DNA of 63,366 nt, counting the filler, from Octopus bimaculoides (taxonomy: Eukaryota): the NCBI RefSeq assembly GCF_001194135.2. It is 4 parts of 4 records of this genome, joined end to end, with 100 filler letters (N's around TTAATTAATTAA, not from the genome) between each part and the next. Parts side by side here need not be neighbours in the genome. Positions count along the whole stretch, not along the records: positions 18,010 to 35,848 come from NC_068985.1; 3 more parts are not named here. One strand, written 5' to 3'. The position numbers were made by a program, and so were the translations under genes. Below the pieces are notes generated by a model, which was given only the letters and a program-made list of their open reading frames with translations, did not search any database and had not been told where the DNA came from. Below, one piece after another: positions 21,770-34,432 of this stretch; positions within the stretch are counted from its first letter, which is position 1; each line of letters begins with the position of its first letter.

Positions 21770-24710
21770 ATGTCGATGTTAAAGATCTCAAACCACCTGT
21801 AACTATGCAACCGCGAAAGTCTCAACCATTTTAAGTGGTAAAAAGATTAGAAAACGACATTCCCACAAAAAGCCTACTTGGCAAGAGCGTACTCAACACC
21901 AAATTAAGCTATTTAGGTCTGACTTAGGATGTTTAAAAAACTTAAGTTTGACAAGACTATCAAACCTACAAAAACCCGAAAATTAAAGAAAAAATGAAAA
22001 CCATATTTGGCATTGATACCACCATAGAAAGCATCAAGCAAAAGGTATGTGCTAAAGCTGCCCGTATGAAAAGCGCGTTAGATTCTTCAAGGACAACAAC
22101 AAGTTCAAAAATAACCCCAAAAATTTTTACAGGAAGATAGGGAAAATACCAGTTACAGTAAAATCTGTCCCATCAAAAGAAGTGCAGGAATTTTAGAATA
22201 AAATTTGGGCAGAAGAAAAAACACACAAAGAAAAGGCCCCTTGGATTGATAGAATATCAACAGACTTAGACTCCTTAGAGGAGCAAAAGTGGGAGGGTGT
22301 CAAGGTAGAAGATATAAGATCTGCTCTCAGGAGGTCAAGCAAATGGAAGTCTCCAAGAAAAGGTAAAATTCCTAACTTCTGAATGAATGCCTTCCCAGAG
22401 AGCCATGAACTGCTAACAAAGCTTTACAACGATGTTTTGCAACATTCTAGTATGATTCCCTCTTGGCTAGTTAATGGTTTAACATTCCTACTTCCCAAAA
22501 ATGAAGAAACAAATGAACCAAAAAAATATCGACCCATAATCTGCTTAACAACAATGTATAAAACGCTAACATCTGTCCTGACTGAATATGCCTATAGCTT
22601 TTTTTAATAGAAAGTAGCATATTCTCTAATGAGCAAAAAGGATGTAAACGTGGATCTTATGGTTGTAAAGATCAGCTACTCGTCAATAAAGTGATTTGAG
22701 AAGATTGTCAAAAACGACACAAAAACTTGTCGATAGCCTGAATAGACTATAAAAAAGCTTTTGATAGCCTACCACAAAGCTGGATTAAGAAATGTCTGGA
22801 AATGTATAAAATAGCTCCTACTCTGCGAAACTTTTTGTCAGTGAGTATGAGATCATGGAGAACCATACTGACTTTGAACAGTGACAATGAATCTCAAAGT
22901 GCTGGAGATATAAGAATTTCATGTGGCATTCTTCAAGGTGACTTGCTATCATCCCTCCTCTTTTGTCTAGCCTTAACACCTCTCTCGAAATTGCTCAATG
23001 ATGCACAGTACGGTTATAAAATGTTTGATAAAATATAAATCATCTAATTTACATAGATGGTTTAAAGCTCTTTACAAAAATTACCAACAATTGAAGGGCT
23101 TACTAGTGATTGTTAAACAATTCAGTGATGACATCAGGATAAAGCTACCTTTGTCCAAGGAAAAATGACAGAAACATCTAACGTTAACCTTGACTAGCAG
23201 AATGTCATAAAGGAGTTAGAACTAGCGGAGAGCTACAAATACCTAGGGGTAGTTGAAGGGGACGGAATCAAACATTCAGTGATGAGGGAAAGGATCAGAA
23301 GAATGTTATCGCAGGTAAGAGCAATACTCAAGACAGAGCTGAATGGAAGAAACAGGATCGAAGCGATCAATGCTTTAACCATACCGGTCATGACTTACAG
23401 TTTCAATGTCATTAACTGGACAATTACTGAAATATATAATATTGCTAGAAAAATACGAAAACTGTTGACAATGCATAGAATGCACCACCCTAAGGCAGAT
23501 ATAGAACGACTTTATCTACCAAGAAAAGAGAATAGCCGTGGATTTTTACAACTGACATTAACAATGAAGATTGCCACAACTGGCCTAGACACCTACCTGA
23601 AAAACTCTGATGACTGGATGTTAAATCTTGACTCAAAACAGGAAAGCAAGAAAGTATCATACTCAGTAACAAAACAGGCAAAGGAATATCTAACTGAATT
23701 CCAAATACAAATTCCAGAAAAAGACGTCCTAGAAACAAGCACAGAAAAAGCTAAGTGCATGAAAACCCGTGCTAAAACTGCTGCCTTAGATATTCTTACT
23801 GACAAATGGCAAGTAAAGCCTCTCAATGGCAAATACTCAAAGAGAGCGAATAATGCCGATGTTGACAAAGCCCTTACCCATCAATAGCTAATGACGTCTG
23901 ACTTACAATCTGAAACAGAAGTATTTATCATAGCAGCCCAAGATCAATGCCTACCTACAAGGAACTACCAGGCCAACATATTAAAGAACGGCAGCTTCCC
24001 AACATGTCGTGTATGTAAATAACAAAATGAAACCATTGATCATGTTGTCTACATGTGTAGTCTTCTTGCCCCTACAGAGTATCTCAACAGGCATTATAGA
24101 ACTGCACAATATACTCACTGGGTAATTTGCAAAAACCTGGACTTGCCCCATGATAAAAACTGGTAGGATCACAAACCACCTCCAGTGCTTGAAAATGATC
24201 ACATCTCAATCCTCTGGAACTTCACCATTCAAACTGACAGAAAGATAGATACAAATAGGCCAGACATTATATTGAAAGACTTCAAACAAAAATCATGCCT
24301 CTTCATTTAGACCTACCAAAAACTGAGCAAGTATAAAGATCTCGAAGTAGAAATTAGGAAAATGTGGAACCTCAAGACTAAAACAATACCTGTTGTCATA
24401 AGTGCCTTAGGAATGATAGCAAAAGGGGCTGATTGCTACATAGCTCAGATACCAGGAAACCTCCAAAATGGCAGAAATTCAAAAGATAGTGCTCATGGGA
24501 ACTGCCCATATCCGACGTAAAATACTGTCTATGTAATCTCAAATTTTAAAACAAACTCATAATTTTTTAGCGTTTTCTTAAACATTCTCTAGAACAACAC
24601 TATGTACAAGACCAAATATATGGCACCCTAGGCATAACTCCAACATGCACTTTTAACTTGTTGTCTCTTGAGTTCTATTGTACAAATGCAAAGCAAAAGT
24701 CAAACGGAAA
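21770..24710 (+). mobile_element. R4/Dong-like non-LTR retrotransposon, 5'-truncated, with stops and frameshifts
   Basis: RT motifs YRPIICL, IDYKKAFDS, GILQGDLLSSLLF, YIDGLKL (YxDD decayed), YKYLGV; HHPKADIERLYLPRK; CCHC knuckle; RLE NRPDII...KYKDL...VISALG; stop at 24536; (TAA)n on both flanks. Confidence 0.92.
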
Positions 24711-24940
24711 ATAATAATAATAATAATAATGGCTTTAAATTTTTCCACAATTTTGGAGGAAGAGATAAGTCGATTACATCGATCCTAGTATTTCACTGGT
24801 ACTTAATTAATCGACCCCGAAAGGATGAAAGGCATGGTTCACCTCGGTAGAATTTGAACTCAGAATGTAGCGACGGGCAAAATAGCACTAAGAATTTCGT
24901 CCATCATGCTAACGATTCTGCCAGTGCGCTGCCCTTAATA
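24711..24940 (-). mobile_element. SINE family C; its tail is the (TAA)n after the R4 element
   Basis: gtcgattacatcgatcctagt...gaatttgaactcagaa...gctaacgattctgccag. Confidence 0.75.
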
Positions 24941-24954
24941 GTAAAGACAAGGAA

Positions 24955-25343
24955 ATTGCTAACTAGATAAAGGGTCACTCCACCCGAAAAGTGAAACAGA
25001 CAGACTGTATGTACCAAAAAAAAAATAGGAAGAGGACTTATTGGATGCGAACACAGCATTAGAGCAGAAGAAAACAACATAGCATGGTATGTAAAAAATG
25101 CCACAAAACTGCTATTATTAGAAGTAGGAAGGTCAGGTTTGGGTAGGATGAAAGATTGCAAAGATAAAGCACTATACAAGAAATTGAAAACGAATGAAAC
25201 TGAAAGTAGGTGGGTAAAGAAAAGAATTCATGGTCAATTTCATAGGGATGTTGAAGATAAGACAGACAGACAGAGAAAAAAGATGGCTGTGGAAACGGAG
25301 GCTCTAATCTGCTGCCCAAGAGCAAGCACTAAGAACGAACATG
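24955..25343 (+). mobile_element. R4-like fragment from a different subfamily
   Basis: PKSETDRLYVPK...GRGLIGCE...RWVKKRIHGQFHR...ETEALI, the post-RT region. Confidence 0.75.
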
Positions 25344-26164
25344 NNNNNNNNNNNNNNNNNNNNNNNNNNNNNNNNNNNNNNNNNNNNNNNNNNNNNNNNN
25401 NNNNNNNNNNNNNNNNNNNNNNNNNNNNNNNNNNNNNNNNNNNNNNNNNNNNNNNNNNNNNNNNNNNNNNNNNNNNNNNNNNNNNNNNNNNNNNNNNNNN
25501 NNNNNNNNNNNNNNNNNNNNNNNNNNNNNNNNNNNNNNNNNNNNNNNNNNNNNNNNNNNNNNNNNNNNNNNNNNNNNNNNNNNNNNNNNNNNNNNNNNNN
25601 NNNNNNNNNNNNNNNNNNNNNNNNNNNNNNNNNNNNNNNNNNNNNNNNNNNNNNNNNNNNNNNNNNNNNNNNNNNNNNNNNNNNNNNNNNNNNNNNNNNN
25701 NNNNNNNNNNNNNNNNNNNNNNNNNNNNNNNNNNNNNNNNNNNNNNNNNNNNNNNNNNNNNNNNNNNNNNNNNNNNNNNNNNNNNNNNNNNNNNNNNNNN
25801 NNNNNNNNNNNNNNNNNNNNNNNNNNNNNNNNNNNNNNNNNNNNNNNNNNNNNNNNNNNNNNNNNNNNNNNNNNNNNNNNNNNNNNNNNNNNNNNNNNNN
25901 NNNNNNNNNNNNNNNNNNNNNNNNNNNNNNNNNNNNNNNNNNNNNNNNNNNNNNNNNNNNNNNNNNNNNNNNNNNNNNNNNNNNNNNNNNNNNNNNNNNN
26001 NNNNNNNNNNNNNNNNNNNNNNNNNNNNNNNNNNNNNNNNNNNNNNNNNNNNNNNNNNNNNNNNNNNNNNNNTAGTCAGCAAGTGCATTTTCGGTGTAAT
26101 TATTCTTAGAATTAAAAATACTAGGTTACAAGTACGATGAAACCGTTATTGAGTAGTTCCATAA

Positions 26165-26358
26165 TATTAATTTTACATTTTGGCATAAGGCCAGTAATTT
26201 CGAAAAAAGGAGTAAATCAATTACATCAACCTTAGTGCTCAACTGGTATTTATCAATCTCGAAAAGATGAAAGGTAAATTTGAACTCAGAAAGTAAAGAC
26301 GGGTGAAATGTCGCTAAGCAATTTGTCCGGAGTGCTAACACTCTACCATCTCGCCGCC
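26165..26358 (-). mobile_element. SINE family C
   Basis: ggcataaggccagtaattt...caactggtatttat...tgaactcagaa...gctaacactctaccatctcgccgcc. Confidence 0.75.
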
Positions 26359-27018
26359 TACAGTGGTTGCATAATAATGATTTCAAATTTTTACAAAGAG
26401 ATATAAATCAAAATGAGATAGTCATTGGTGTTGTAGGCTGTGATTACCCTATCTTTTACTGAGACATATTGCAAGACTTCTTTATGCAACGTGGCATTTC
26501 ATCTTCAAGACAGCAAAAATGAGTTGAAGCATTTTCCGCTGCTATTTTCGGTAGGTCGAGGGCAGCGATGACTTTGTCTTAACAATATACAAGGCTTTCC
26601 TTAAATAAATACAACACTCTCACGATGATGCATTTTTTTTATTACTCATTCAGTGAATGAGGAGACATTGTGAGTAATATGCATTGACCGTCTCAACCAG
26701 TGGCAATGGTTTGGAACGGGTTTTAAGTGCCATGACTGAACTGGGACTCGAAAATAGCTCGTAAACATGGCTTTTGCAGATTAGCAGGTTGCCAACACTC
26801 GATATCCAGTACGAATGTGGACTCATATAAATGCATATATAATGAAAAAGTAATGTAATAATACGGAGGATATATCATAAACAATTAATATGATATGATA
26901 TGATATAAGTGATAATAGTGGCTTTATAGTGGTTTTTGACTGCTGTTTCTAAAGATGTAAGGGTTTTCGAAACCCTCTTAGTTATAATTGTGACTTGTTC
27001 ATACTTATAAACACTCTT

Positions 27019-27054
<36 letters not shown>

Positions 27055-27055
<1 letters not shown>

Positions 27056-27218
27056 TTTTATTCTTTTATTCTTTTATTTGTTTCAGTCATTTGACTGCGG
27101 CCATGCTGGAGCACCGCCTTTAGTCGAGCAAATCGACCCCGGGACTTATTCTTTGTAAGCCTAGTACTTATTCTATCGGTATCTTTTGCCGAACCGCTAA
27201 GTTACGGGGACATAAACA
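27055..27218 (-). mobile_element. SINE family A 3' half, young-looking
   Basis: gtttcagtcatttgactgcggccatgctggagcaccgcctttagtcgagc... runs into a gap. Confidence 0.85.
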
Positions 27219-27433
27219 NNNNNNNNNNNNNNNNNNNNNNNNNNNNNNNNNNNNNNNNNNNNNNNNNNNNNNNNNNNNNNNNNNNNNNNNNNNNNNNNNN
27301 NNNNNNNNNNNNNNNNNNNNNNNNNNNNNNNNNNNNNNNNNNNNNNNNNNNNNNNNNNNNNNNNNNNNNNNNNNNNNNNNNNNNNNNNNNNNNNNNNNNN
27401 NNNNNNNNNNNNNNNNNNNNNNNNNNNNNNNNN

Positions 27434-27468
<35 letters not shown>

Positions 27469-27654
27469 GATACACACACATATATTAATAATTGTAATGT
27501 ATATTGTGCATGTACTTACACACACACATACATGAATACATATATACGCGAATGCGAATGTACGTATGTACGTATGTATGTGTATGTGTGTGTGTGTATA
27601 CACGCGTATATATGCATATACATATACAGATAGATAGGTAGATAAAGACTGAGA

Positions 27655-27800
27655 GAGAGAGATGGGAGAGAGAGAGATGGGAGAGAGAGAGATGGGAGAG
27701 AGAGAGATGGGAGAGAGAGAGAGNNNNNNNNNNGATGGGAGAGAGAGAGAGATGGGAGAGAGAGAGAGATGGGAGAGAGAGAGAGATGGGAGAGAGAGAG
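27655..27800. repeat. (gatgggagagagaga)n minisatellite
   Basis: Direct reading. Confidence 0.85.
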
Positions 27801-29307
27801 TGAGAAAGAGTATAGGAAATAGAAAGGGAAGAATTTCTTACATGCAAGTAAAATACTTCCAGAGCAATTCTGCCTTGCAAAAAATATTCTTTATGTATTT
27901 ACAGTTAATGTTTTGTCTAAGAACACGTTTGGGATGATCGTTTGATATATTCTTTCCTGGTGCAGACAAGGATTTGAGGCTGTTATTTCACAGTGCTTTC
28001 CATCAGGATGAGTTCGAATAGACATTGTTTATGATCATCTCACTAGATATCATTCTCATACTGGGAATGAACAAAGGTTGATCATTTTTATATAATTTAA
28101 ACATAATGCAGCATTAAAAGGCGACGAGGCATCGCCAATTGAAGGACAGAGTTAAGGGAACAAAATACACTGAAAGCAATGAACAGAAACAAAAGAGTAG
28201 AAAATAGGCAGAATATTTTGCAACCGGGTACACATGCTCAGAAAGAAAGCGAAAATGGTATTTCTGTTGACTTCAATGTTAGTGCATACAGTTTTAATAT
28301 CAATAAGAATTGAAATATACACTTATGGCATCTAATACACTTATGGCAACAATAACAATTGAAATATGCACATTTTGTTGAGCAACATTACACAAAAGCT
28401 TTTTTTTTTTTAGCTAACATCATTATTCTAAAATCTATGGTTTCAGTACAATGACTTATCTTTAAATTTGCAATTTAATCTATATAATATTAACTATAGA
28501 GCCATGAGAAAGTAAATTCTAATAAATAGATTTACAATCTACTTACTGTTATCTTTGACCACCTCGTACGGAATTCAAACACCTTTATCTATCATGTATT
28601 GAAAACTTCCAATTTATTTTAGCTTAAAACTCTTTACCAAAACTTAAAAGGACCGGCATATTTCGGAGATATAGTTCATCATGGGGGAGAAAACAATGAC
28701 AATGAAACTGGCGGTGTAGGACAGGTAGCTTAGCTGTTACATTTGTGACAGAGGTATTCGAGGGTTTCTTTTTTTTAGAGACAGAAATAGAGATGCGGAT
28801 AGCACCAGAATCAGCAACAGCAAGGGGAAGTCCCAGAGGCTCTAACAGCTTCAGCTGTCATAGCCCCGGAAATAGCGGAGCTAGAGTCTTTTCCTTCATT
28901 CTGGAAACTGACAACTTCAAAGGCGTCTCTCCAATGAGTATCACTCATCCCCTTACAACAGTGAGGGACAACTGTAGAGTGGAGACTAGTTACCGACCGT
29001 TATAGAGTAGAAAAGGCAAGAAAAGCAAAGCAGAGTGAGTCATGATTCAAGGCATGTAGGACGCTAGAAGAGTATCCATGTGCAATGGGATCGCTCAACG
29101 TCCTAGTTGGCCGACAGAAAATGATTGACTGCTTAATTTGATGTTTCATCCGGAGAACGATGAAGCAATTAAATCAGTGAAGCCAGAGTTGAGACGTCAT
29201 GTGTGTANNNNNNNNNNNNNNNNNNNNNNNNNNNNNNNNNNNNNNNNNNNNNNNNNNNNNNNNNNNNNNNNNNNNNNNNNNNNNNNNNNNNNNNNNNNNN
29301 NNNNNNN

Positions 29308-29445
29308 CTGAGTTCAAATTCCACCGAGGTCAACCTTGCCTTTCATCCTTTCGGGTTCGATGAATTAAGTACCAATTGCGTACTGGGGTCGCTTTAATCG
29401 ACTAGCCAAATAATTTCGGGCCTTGTACCGAGAAGAGAAAAGAAT
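29308..29445 (+). mobile_element. SINE family C 3' part
   Basis: ctgagttcaaattccaccgaggtcaacc...ggccttgtaccgagaagagaaaag. Confidence 0.8.
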
Positions 29446-29871
29446 AATGCTTCTCCTTTGTTTATTAGCGTCTTAATGAAATTTAATGAAATAGGAAAAA
29501 AAAAAAAAAAAAAAAACCCCAGAAAAAAGAAGCTCACTAAATAAACTTATTAGCAATGACCTAATAGGTNNNNNNNNNNGACCTAATAGGTCAGTGCTGC
29601 ATATCTGTCTATTTCTGTCCGTATATCTATCGCCGTCTATCTATCTATCGGTCTGTCTATCAATTGCTCTCTCTCACCTCTCTCTCTGTATATGTATGTG
29701 TGTCTGTGTGTGTGTGTATGTGTGTGTGTGTGTGCGTGTGTATGTTTATATGAGAAATTACGATAAGCACAAGTTTATATTACTAGTTCCTACGTACGTT
29801 TCCCCCTTATTGATGCTGGGATTAGTTCTTATACATCAATGTTTTAATTAAATGAAATATTAAAATCTAGC

Positions 29872-30075
29872 AGGCGCAGGCATGGCTGTGTGATTAAGAA
29901 GCTCGCTTCGTACCCATATGGTTTCGGGTTGAACTCAACTATGGAGCACCTTGGGCAAGTATCTTCTACCATAATACCCACCGTTGCTTTGTGAATGAAT
30001 TTGGTTGACGGAAACTGTGTGGATACATGTTGTACACACAAATGCGTGCGTGTCTTTGTCCATATCACCGCTTGT
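29872..30075 (+). mobile_element. SINE family A 5' half
   Basis: aggcgcaggcatggctgtgtg...caccttgggcaagt...ggttgacggaaactg. Confidence 0.8.
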
Positions 30076-30639
30076 CATGTGGTATTATACAGGCTTAAGA
30101 CAATTTATTTAGACTCTGAAACAGATCTTTATACATTTTAACGTGTTTACACATAGACTTTTACAATAAGCAGTATGGCAAAATACAGAGGCTTTTCTTT
30201 TTGTTTATTGGAATGGTAAATAAAGAAATGAGATTGCAAGTGGAAGATACCCACCACCTCCTTAGACATTTTTACTGATACATGAAAAGGTTTCTACATT
30301 TAAGGTTCGAATGCACCAAATTAGAAGAGTAATTAAAGCTTTGCATAATGTCCTTGTAGTATTTTTTCTAACCCTCTGTGTACTGAGTTCAAATCCCACT
30401 GATGTCGACTTAGCCTTTAATCCTTTCAGGTGTCGATAAACAGGTTATTAGTAGATCATTTCCTTCTTTCTTTCTCTGAATCTGGTACGGTGAAGGAACC
30501 AAGAGAGACGCGTTCACATTGTGATCTCACAATTCTGTTAACTCGATAAAAAAGAAAGGTTTCCTCAAGGTAAGGCATTTCAGAAATTCTGGATTTGCGT
30601 TTGTAGACATCCTTATAGTATTGTCACAGTGGTCAATGT

Positions 30640-30850
30640 TGCTGGTATAGGTGTTGTTATGCCTCACGTTAGCCCTGATCAAGCAGATCTATGGCTAAAG
30701 ACATCCCATCAAATTTTACATTTGGCACAACTATGTCTACATTACTCAACGTGGCCTTTCCTCTTTCTTACAAAATCAGCAAGATATCATCTCAGGGAAA
30801 TGTAGCTATTCTGGCTAGCAATTCGTGCGACCAACTACAAGCTCTAAAGT
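30640..30850 (-). repeat. Family E fragment
   Basis: gccctgatcaagcagatctatg and the reverse of the aaatagcagccaaat-like motif. Confidence 0.45.
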
Positions 30851-31349
30851 AACTGGAGAACGCTACTTATCATATATATTTGTGTTGTTATACTAATGTA
30901 CTATTGCGTTTCATAAGTTTTCATTAATTTACACTTGAAATTAAGTCCTTATCACAAAATAGATATCGAATTAGATTGTGTTACTTAGTCATTGTCTAAC
31001 GCAGACTCAGGGAAGTTATTTATATCAGCGGGTGACTTGCAAGGGCACAAAAACCTATGCAAGTACATCTGCACCGAGAAAAATAATGAATCTTCAATTG
31101 TGCAAATTCATAGGTATGCAACGTATATGAAAATACTGTTTGGTCTCAAAGTACAGGTTCACAAATTTTTCTAAGCCCCACACCTATAGGAAATGCTTGA
31201 TGACTTTTTGCACCCTATTCAAAAGTAATACCATTGTTGAAAATAAAAAATATATTTCTAATATTGATATTTCTTTTCTGGAACGTTGGATCTCGTACAA
31301 GATAATCCTTTCTACTATAGGATCTCCTACGAGATAATCCTTTCTATTA

Positions 31350-31520
31350 TAGGAACAAGGTCTGAAATTTGGGGGAGGAGGATAGTCGATTACATCGATC
31401 CCAGTATGCAACTGGTACTTATTTTATCGACCTCGAAAGGGTGACAAGCAAAATCGACCTCGCCAGAATTCGAAGTCAGAATGTAAAGACGGACGAAATA
31501 CCGCTACGCATTTAGCAACT
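31350..31520 (-). mobile_element. SINE family C
   Basis: acaaggtctgaaatttggggg...gtcgattacatcgatcccagt...gacggacgaaataccgct. Confidence 0.8.
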
Positions 31521-31573
31521 CACATTTCTCGCTGGTAAGAATATGTTTCAAAAATGGATCCAAAAGCTTGAAT

Positions 31574-31645
31574 TGTTGCGCTGGTCTAATGATAGAATGC
31601 TTGTCAAGTTTACAGGAGATGTGGGTTCGCACCCTGCAGACACCC
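31574..31645 (+). other. Degenerate tRNA-like sequence (pseudo-tRNA or SINE head)
   Basis: A-box-like tggtctaatga and B-box-like ggttcgcaccc at tRNA spacing; acceptor stem poorly paired. Confidence 0.35.
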
Positions 31646-31949
31646 TTGGTCTTTTTTCTATCCAAAGGGATTTTTTAAAACCCAATGGTCACGAGCAAAT
31701 ATTTACAGTTTTATCTAGTTCGAGATCTAATGTTCCAAAACATAATTATTCCAGGTTTTCTCGAAGTTTATAAAAATTCTTATGACATCAGTCGAATACA
31801 GGGGTTCTCACCCATTTTTCAATTCCTATTTTACTCACGAGGTAGGTGGGGTACTCTCATAGCTATTGATGCCTAAAATCTAAATTATTTTCATGATTAA
31901 ATATTATTACGAATTGTATAAAGAAATGTTAAAATATTTTGTGTGTTAG

Positions 31950-32140
31950 TCTTTTGCTTGTTTCAGCCATTTGACTGCGGTCATGATGGAGTATCGCCTT
32001 GAATCCAGGGCTTATTTCTTAAGCCTAGTACTTATTCTATCGGTTCTTTCACCGAACTGCTAAGTTACGGGTACGTAAACACACCAAAACAGGTTGTCAA
32101 GTTGTTAAGGAATGATGGGGGAACAAATACAAACACAAAA
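31950..32140 (-). mobile_element. SINE family A 3' half
   Basis: gtttcagccatttgactgcggtcatg...aagttacgggtacgtaaacacacc. Confidence 0.75.
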
Positions 32141-32145
32141 CATAC

Positions 32146-32188
<43 letters not shown>

Positions 32189-32192
<4 letters not shown>

Positions 32193-33517
32193 GTCATCCC
32201 ATAAATAATGCGGTTTTTAAAATATTTTTTTCTTCAAAATTATGATAACAAAGTTCTTTTTAAATCTAAATTACACTCTCCTACATTTTCTACAATGCCC
32301 TTCTAGCTATCTGGTAGACTTGCAAGGCCTCTCTTCCAAAATTCACTTGTCCGTGACGAAAATACCTCACCTGTACTGTTCTCACCTCGCCTGCAGAATT
32401 CATATTTTTGCAGTCCAAATGATTTTGAAGACTGCGGAATAAATGATAATTAGATGGAGCAATGTCCGGCGAACATGGTGGGTGGGAATAGTTTCCCATA
32501 CAAACTGCTCCAGTCTTAGGAATGTAACCCTCGCTGTATGTAGCTGAGCATTATCCTGATGGAAGAACGACTCTTGTCTTGAATACCTTTCGTCTTGAAA
32601 GCAAAGATGGCCGTTTTGCTTCTAGCGCTGACTTAAACCGCTCAAGCTACTCGCAGTAGATCTCTGTTATTGTTTGATTTGGGTTTAAATATTCAAAGAG
32701 GACTAAACCTTTCATATTCTACCAAACACTTTACGTGGGTGAAAACCTTCTTTAGCCTGGGTTGCCGATGTTTCTCTTTTTCTTACCCACTGTCTTCGGC
32801 GTTTGTGATTTTTATAGAGAACCCATTTCTTGTCACCAGTCACTATTCGGTCCAAAAAAGGTTCGTTCGTGAGACGTGACAGCAAANNNNNNNNNNNNNN
32901 NNNNNNNNNNNNNNNNNNNNNNNNNNNNNNNNNNNNNNNNNNNNNNNNNNNNNNNNNNNNNNNNNNNNNNNNNNNNNNNNNNNNNNNNNNNNNNNNNNNN
33001 NNNNNNNNNNNNNNNNNNNNNNNNNNNNNNNNNNNNNNNNNNNNNNNNNNNNNNNNNNNNNNNNNNNNNNNNNNNNNNNNNNNNNNNNNNNNNNNNNNNN
33101 NNNNNNNNNNNNNNNNNNNNNNNNNNNNNNNNNNNNNNNNNNNNNNNNNNNNNNNNNNNNNNNNNNNNNNNNNNNNNNNNNNNNNNNNNNNNNNNNNNNN
33201 NNNNNNNNNNNNNNNNNNNNNNNNNNNNNNNNNNNNNNNNNNNNNNNNNNNNNNNNNNNNNNNNNNNNNNNNNNNNNNNNNNNNNNNNNNNNNNNNNNNN
33301 NNNNNNNNNNNNNNNNNNNNNNNNNNNNNNNNNNNNNNNNNNNNNNNNNNNNNNNNNNNNNNNNNNNNNNNNNNNNNNNNNNNNNNNNNNNNNNNNNNNN
33401 NNNNNNNNNNNNNNNNNNNNNNNNNNNNNNNNNNNNNNNNNNNNNNNNNNNNNNNNNNNNNNNNNNNNNNNNNNNNNNNNNNNNNNNNNNNNNNNNNNNN
33501 NNNNNNNNNNNNNNNNN
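32189..33517 (-). mobile_element. mariner (DD34D-type) transposon, dead; 5' half hidden in a gap
   Basis: IVTGDKKWVLY, FHQDNA, HPPCSPDIAPSNYHLF; terminal ttgggtcatcccataaataatgcgg abuts (TA)n, and (TA)n resumes at 33518. Confidence 0.88.
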
Positions 33518-33565
<48 letters not shown>

Positions 33566-34284
33566 ATGTATGTATAAGTATATATATGTATGGTAGTGTG
33601 TGTGTGAGGGGGTAGACGACGTCACAACCTACCAGACAACTACGTAGAAGGATATGTAAGAAGTTAATTCCCATGACAAAAACTCAGTTATTATAACGTT
33701 CATTTTCAACAAGAGACAGAAATCTGCTGACATTTTCGCACATTAAAAGATTTCTATGTGACGATCAAGCCAGTAGTTCGCATTTTCTTTTACAGCATTG
33801 TATAAAATATATCAGAATTTGGAACAAGGGCTGTCTCCCTTCTGTTTTATCTTTATGTAAACACAAGTCCAGGTCACATTCTATTTCTGGTTTTACAAGA
33901 ATGACACAGTTAAGTAAATGAAATTATTTGGTTGAACCTCAGGATATTTTACTATATTTGCAGCATACCTACTAAACATCTCCCCCGATTTTCTTTCTTC
34001 ACAATTTTCTGAAAAATGAGAATTTTAATGATATTTCCTAAAAATATTTTCCATGTGATGTATTCCGATTATATCAAAATTTGTTGTGAAAAGTTTCCCG
34101 GAGGCGAGGGAGAGGGGTTTCGGATAATTCGCACAAATTATTTCCAGATCACTTTCAGACATATATTTTGAATGAAGTTTTCTACAAAATCATTTCAGAT
34201 GATGTAGATTACGATTATTTCAGAATTTAATGTGGAAAAACAATAAATAGCTTTACACTTAAACATATTCGTTGCAAATTTTAG

Positions 34285-34432
34285 CACAAAGCCAGCGAGT
34301 GGGGAAAGGCAAAGTCGACTAGAGCGAGATTTTGAACTAAGAACGCAAAGACAGACGAAGTGCAGCAAGCATTTTGCTCCTCGTGCTAACGAGTCCGCCA
34401 GCTCGCCACCGTCTTTTATCTTTTACTTGTTT
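34285..34432 (-). mobile_element. SINE family C 5' part joined to a family A tail
   Basis: gctaacgagtccgccagctcgccaccg followed by tcttttatcttttacttgttt. Confidence 0.75.

Noticed and set aside
27655-27800. Regular array beside a gap as a CRISPR candidate
   Set aside because: Simple GA-rich minisatellite without unique spacers or cas genes, in eukaryotic DNA.
28820-28995. RNase P/MRP-like words (gggaagtccc, ctaacag, ctagttac)
   Set aside because: I could not find the CR-V strand of the P4 pseudoknot; short-word coincidence is likely.
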